From Selaginella moellendorffii (lineage: Eukaryota > Plantae > Lycopodiophyta), in NCBI RefSeq assembly GCF_000143415.4, contig NW_003314565.1, positions 1 through 12,173 on the forward strand: a stretch of 12,173 nt of DNA, given 5' to 3'. Each line of letters starts with the position of its first letter. The stretch's first letter is position 1. This document shows positions 9,063 to 12,173 of the stretch, one piece after another. The notes under the pieces were generated by a model, which saw nothing but the letters and a program-made list of their open reading frames with translations, had not been told where the DNA came from and searched no databases. The translations under genes were made by a program, and so were the position numbers.

Positions 9063-9837
9063 TGTAGCAAAAGAGAGAATATGCTCTAGAATAACATCTA
9101 AGCATATAGCTATGTATGAGGAAATCATGAGCTGGTATTTCATGCCGACTCTTTCACATGAAATGTGGTAATCCCCAAGTCAAAATCGTGATTTTTTTTT
9201 ACTATCTAGTTATCTATTTAGACAGCACACATTTTTTTAGAATAGAGATACAGGCTGAAACATTTGTTCTACAAAAATATATTCATTTGAAACATCTCAG
9301 AATTAATTTTCACTTTGCTTGATGTCGCGAATGTGACTTCGGGTATCGAAAGTTACCTGTTGACTAGTCCTTACGGACACTCTTACCTTACTGCCACGAT
9401 GGCGGGAGGTCGGTATTGCTAGACCCTTTATCAGCCCCTTTTGTTCAAGTGTTAGTAAACTGGACTTTGCATCTGTACTTGGCCGGATGAGCATAAAGAC
9501 AGAATTCCTAAGTGTCTATTCAGCCAAGCATACTTGGCCTGGCTTTTTAGTTCTCTTTTGCTTTGTCTTGCATTGGTTTGACAAAAACCCTCGCGTATTG
9601 AGATTGGTCCCTCAATATCGCTGGATGATAGCTTACCATGTCTGCCAAACACCCTCGCTATCATGCCTTTTGTGTTAGTCTCATTTCGGTCCCAAATGCT
9701 ATTTATGGAAAGTGTCTAGATTAGCTCATTTGGCATATCTACGGAATGTAGAGATCAGCTTGAACACAATGGTGTTCATCCCGTGTCCAAATTCGCAATC
9801 TAAGGACATTCCATATTTAGTAAGTTTCGAGCTTATC

Positions 9838-9958
9838 CCAGAGACTAACTCCTGGTACTAAGGGAGGCTTGGGGTGAAAGCCCAAAGCGTGTGTTCCTCA
9901 AGGGAGGTGGGGGGGCTGTGGGGGGTTCTAAATGTATAGTAGAGATAGTGGGTAGGTC
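9838..9958 (+). repeat. Shared ~120-bp core, copy 2
   Basis: Reverse-complement homology to 3942-4064, including a 21-bp exact match and G-tracts. Confidence 0.9.
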
Positions 9959-10416
9959 GGGCATGGCCGACCAACCTGAGGCATAGTCTAGCTCCCGCTT
10001 GCGTGCCTTTCCTTGTTCTGCGTCGGACTTGGGTCTAACCCCAAGTTCCATTCCATGCTAGTTGGTGGAGTACCCATATCCTCGCATTAGGCCACTGGTA
10101 TGCCGAAATAGTGCCAAACTCCGTTTGGCTCCGTTTGGCTCCGTTTTGCGTGCTGGTCCTGGCATTGGGATGCTGGCTACTCTAGGACTGTTCCAAGTCG
10201 CTCCGGGCTCCTATCCCTTCGCTCCTTGGGCTTTATGCTCGGGAGTTGCTCCGTGGTTCAGTTCCATCACTCCTTGGCTCCATGCTTGGGAGTTTGGCAC
10301 TGTTCTTTCATTCAGTGGCCCAAGGCCCTGAACCTCGGGTTCCTATGGACACATGGCATGTGACACGTGGCATTTGTCACGTGGCACAAAGAGGGTTTAG
10401 GTTCCGCTTCGTGGTG

Positions 10417-10445
10417 TTATCCTATGGTAAATCACCATAGGATAA
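10417..10445. other. Perfect 12-bp stem hairpin TTATCCTATGGT-AAATC-ACCATAGGATAA near the LTR 3' end
   Basis: Exact inverted repeat read directly. Confidence 0.85.
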
Positions 10446-10471
10446 AGGGTCAAAACCACGTGTGCTACATT

Positions 10472-10482
10472 TGGCATCAAAG
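10472..10482 (+). promoter_or_regulatory. Degenerate tRNA-iMet primer-binding site
   Basis: TGGCATCAAAG matches the canonical TGGTATCAGAG at 9/11, 2 nt after the LTR-terminal CA. Confidence 0.55.
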
Positions 10483-12173
10483 AATGAGTCTCAGCAAGTA
10501 CTATACAATGAGATTGGGCAACTAGTCTTGTTGCATACGTAGAAATGAAAACAATGATCGGAGTGGGTACACGTTTGAGTACAAGGACTACGCAATTGTT
10601 TCTTGGGTATGGGTTTGGTTACCTTGTTGTATAGTAATAATGTGAGCTTACTCTTGGGCTCATAAGATGGATTGAGTTGTTCCGTTTGTACGAGTTTTCG
10701 CTTGGGCTCGTGAGTGAGGCACATTAGCAACTCAAGGTTTCGCTTCGAGTTGGCAGGATTAATGTTAGTCTATCGGTGGTTCCATGAGTTGTTCCAGGTA
10801 CCATGGGTGAAAGTAAACTTTCCCTGGGTTTGCTATGAGTGGAAATAGGCTGGTCCATAGCTGTTTAGCATGGCACTAGTGGATCCTTCCTAGGCATGAT
10901 TAGCATGATTACAAGTGGGTCAATCAAGACTGTAGGGATTAGTCTATTGATTCAAGTAATTGATGCCGTGCTCTCTCATAAACTTTTCTTAGATCAAACT
11001 GAAGGCAGTGCGAACGCAAGCTTGAGGTTTAGTCAAAGATGAGACCGAAAAGAGAGTCATCGGGGACGAAGGATCAAATACGTAAATCATTTTCTCTTCT
11101 TTGAGAGATGATTTGCAACGAGGTGTTGACTCATTGCTCGTGTTCATATTATGCAATCAAGATTCTCTACCTTGACACATCTTGGAGATGATGGTCTTGC
11201 AAATGGTGAGTTATGGGATGGATAGTGGTGAAGCACTATATAATTTTGTCTAGGCTTGCTATTGGAAGATTTAGGTTTCAATGCTCAATTCTTTTCTGGG
11301 GAACCTTGTTATTGCTCCTTAAGTAACTTGGTGTTAGATTAGTTTTGAGTTTGGTTGGATAGAGAGTGGCATAAGCTTGTCCATGTTGTGAACAATAGTG
11401 ATATTGGGTGTTGTAAGTCTATATCGGTGGAGTGTGGCATTTATGTTGCATTTTGTCGAATTGAGTTGGCACTTGATACTCACATAAACTTTTGAAGTAA
11501 TGACATTGGCATTGCTCGTGGTGTTGCTCAATTGATGATCAAGTCATTGTGATTTCTATATCATATCCATGTGATAATGAGCAATGTGTTTAAGAAAGTT
11601 GCTTGGTTAAATAATGATCAACCCCAAAGTGGTTGATGGTGATGCTAGTCTACTTACATGTAGTAATATTGAAGTAGCTTTGACTGAATTCTCGATGGTG
11701 GTCCATTATGCTAAGCTTAAGTTGGTTCCTTGTTTCTTTGAGGGTTTGCCTATAACGTGTTGGAAAGGGTTATAACATTCATTTGCTATAGCTTGTTGGT
11801 TTATTTGTTAATACTTGGAGTAGATTATTGGATAAAGAAGGTGTGAGGTTGAGGCATTGACATTGCTAGCACTTGTGTTAATGAAAGTGACATTGTTGTT
11901 CAAGTGATGAGGAATTTTCCTTTAAGCTTGATTTTCCATGTCATTTTTCTTGTTAGTGTTTTGGCTTTACATTGGATCTTGAAGGTGGTTGAAGAAGAGT
12001 GTTAGTGCAATGTGAATATCCGAAGATATGGTCTCCGTGATCAAGCCTTGGATGATCACTTTGCATTTTTGCGAATGTCGGACTTTGATGTCGGAGGTAT
12101 GGGTAAAAGATATTCAAGGCTTAAGCATACTATGGGTCATGAGAATTTGTGTTGAGGTGAACCTATATGAAGT
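10483..12173 (+). mobile_element. Highly decayed/non-coding internal region of an LTR retroelement (runs off the window)
   Basis: It follows the LTR+PBS, is G/T-skewed, and has no long ORF. Only faint integrase-tail-like peptides are visible (AKLKLVPCFFEGLPI ~11710-11755; FPLSLIFHVIFLVS ~11915-11957). Confidence 0.4.

Larger units (their letters stand above)
9063..10469 (+). mobile_element. LTR-like unit B (~1.41 kb), probable 5' LTR
   Basis: TGTAGCA (9063) and TGCTACA (10469) form a perfect 7-bp terminal inverted repeat. A PBS-like motif follows. Length and core position match unit A. There is no TSD, as expected for a 5' LTR. The left boundary is less certain than the right. Confidence 0.55.

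Noticed and set aside
8830-9171. 113-aa + strand ORF, and a poly-Gln reading of the AGC repeat
   Set aside because: It is the antisense shadow of the minus-strand frame, crosses the LTR junction, and local splice signals are on the minus strand.
3942-9958. The inverted 120-bp pair as TIRs of one 6-kb DNA transposon
   Set aside because: Each copy lies inside its own LTR-like unit, no TSD was found at the outer edges, and there is no transposase between them.

Overview
Eukaryotic DNA with very short (47-64 bp) AT-rich GT-AG introns. This is compatible with a compact land-plant genome such as a lycophyte, but the organism cannot be determined from the sequence. The scattered + strand ORFs at 50-3215 splice, phase-consistently, into one uninterrupted 10-exon, ~890-aa gene. 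It encodes an N-terminal ParB/Srx-like domain (VIDGNHRWLA) fused to a C-terminal prokaryote/phage-type beta-class amino (N6-adenine/N4-cytosine) DNA methyltransferase domain (DFIFFDLPDG ... GIVLDATAGFGS). A degenerate, intron-containing - strand gene (7763-9062) faces it convergently and shows weak by-eye similarity to the same methyltransferase C-terminus. The rest of the window is LTR-retrotransposon debris: a decayed Ty3/Gypsy pol with PPT and short 3' LTR (4829-7708), and two ~1.4-kb LTR-like units in opposite orientation (3401-4828 and 9063-10469) that share a ~120-bp core. The second of these is followed by a PBS-like motif and a highly decayed internal region.
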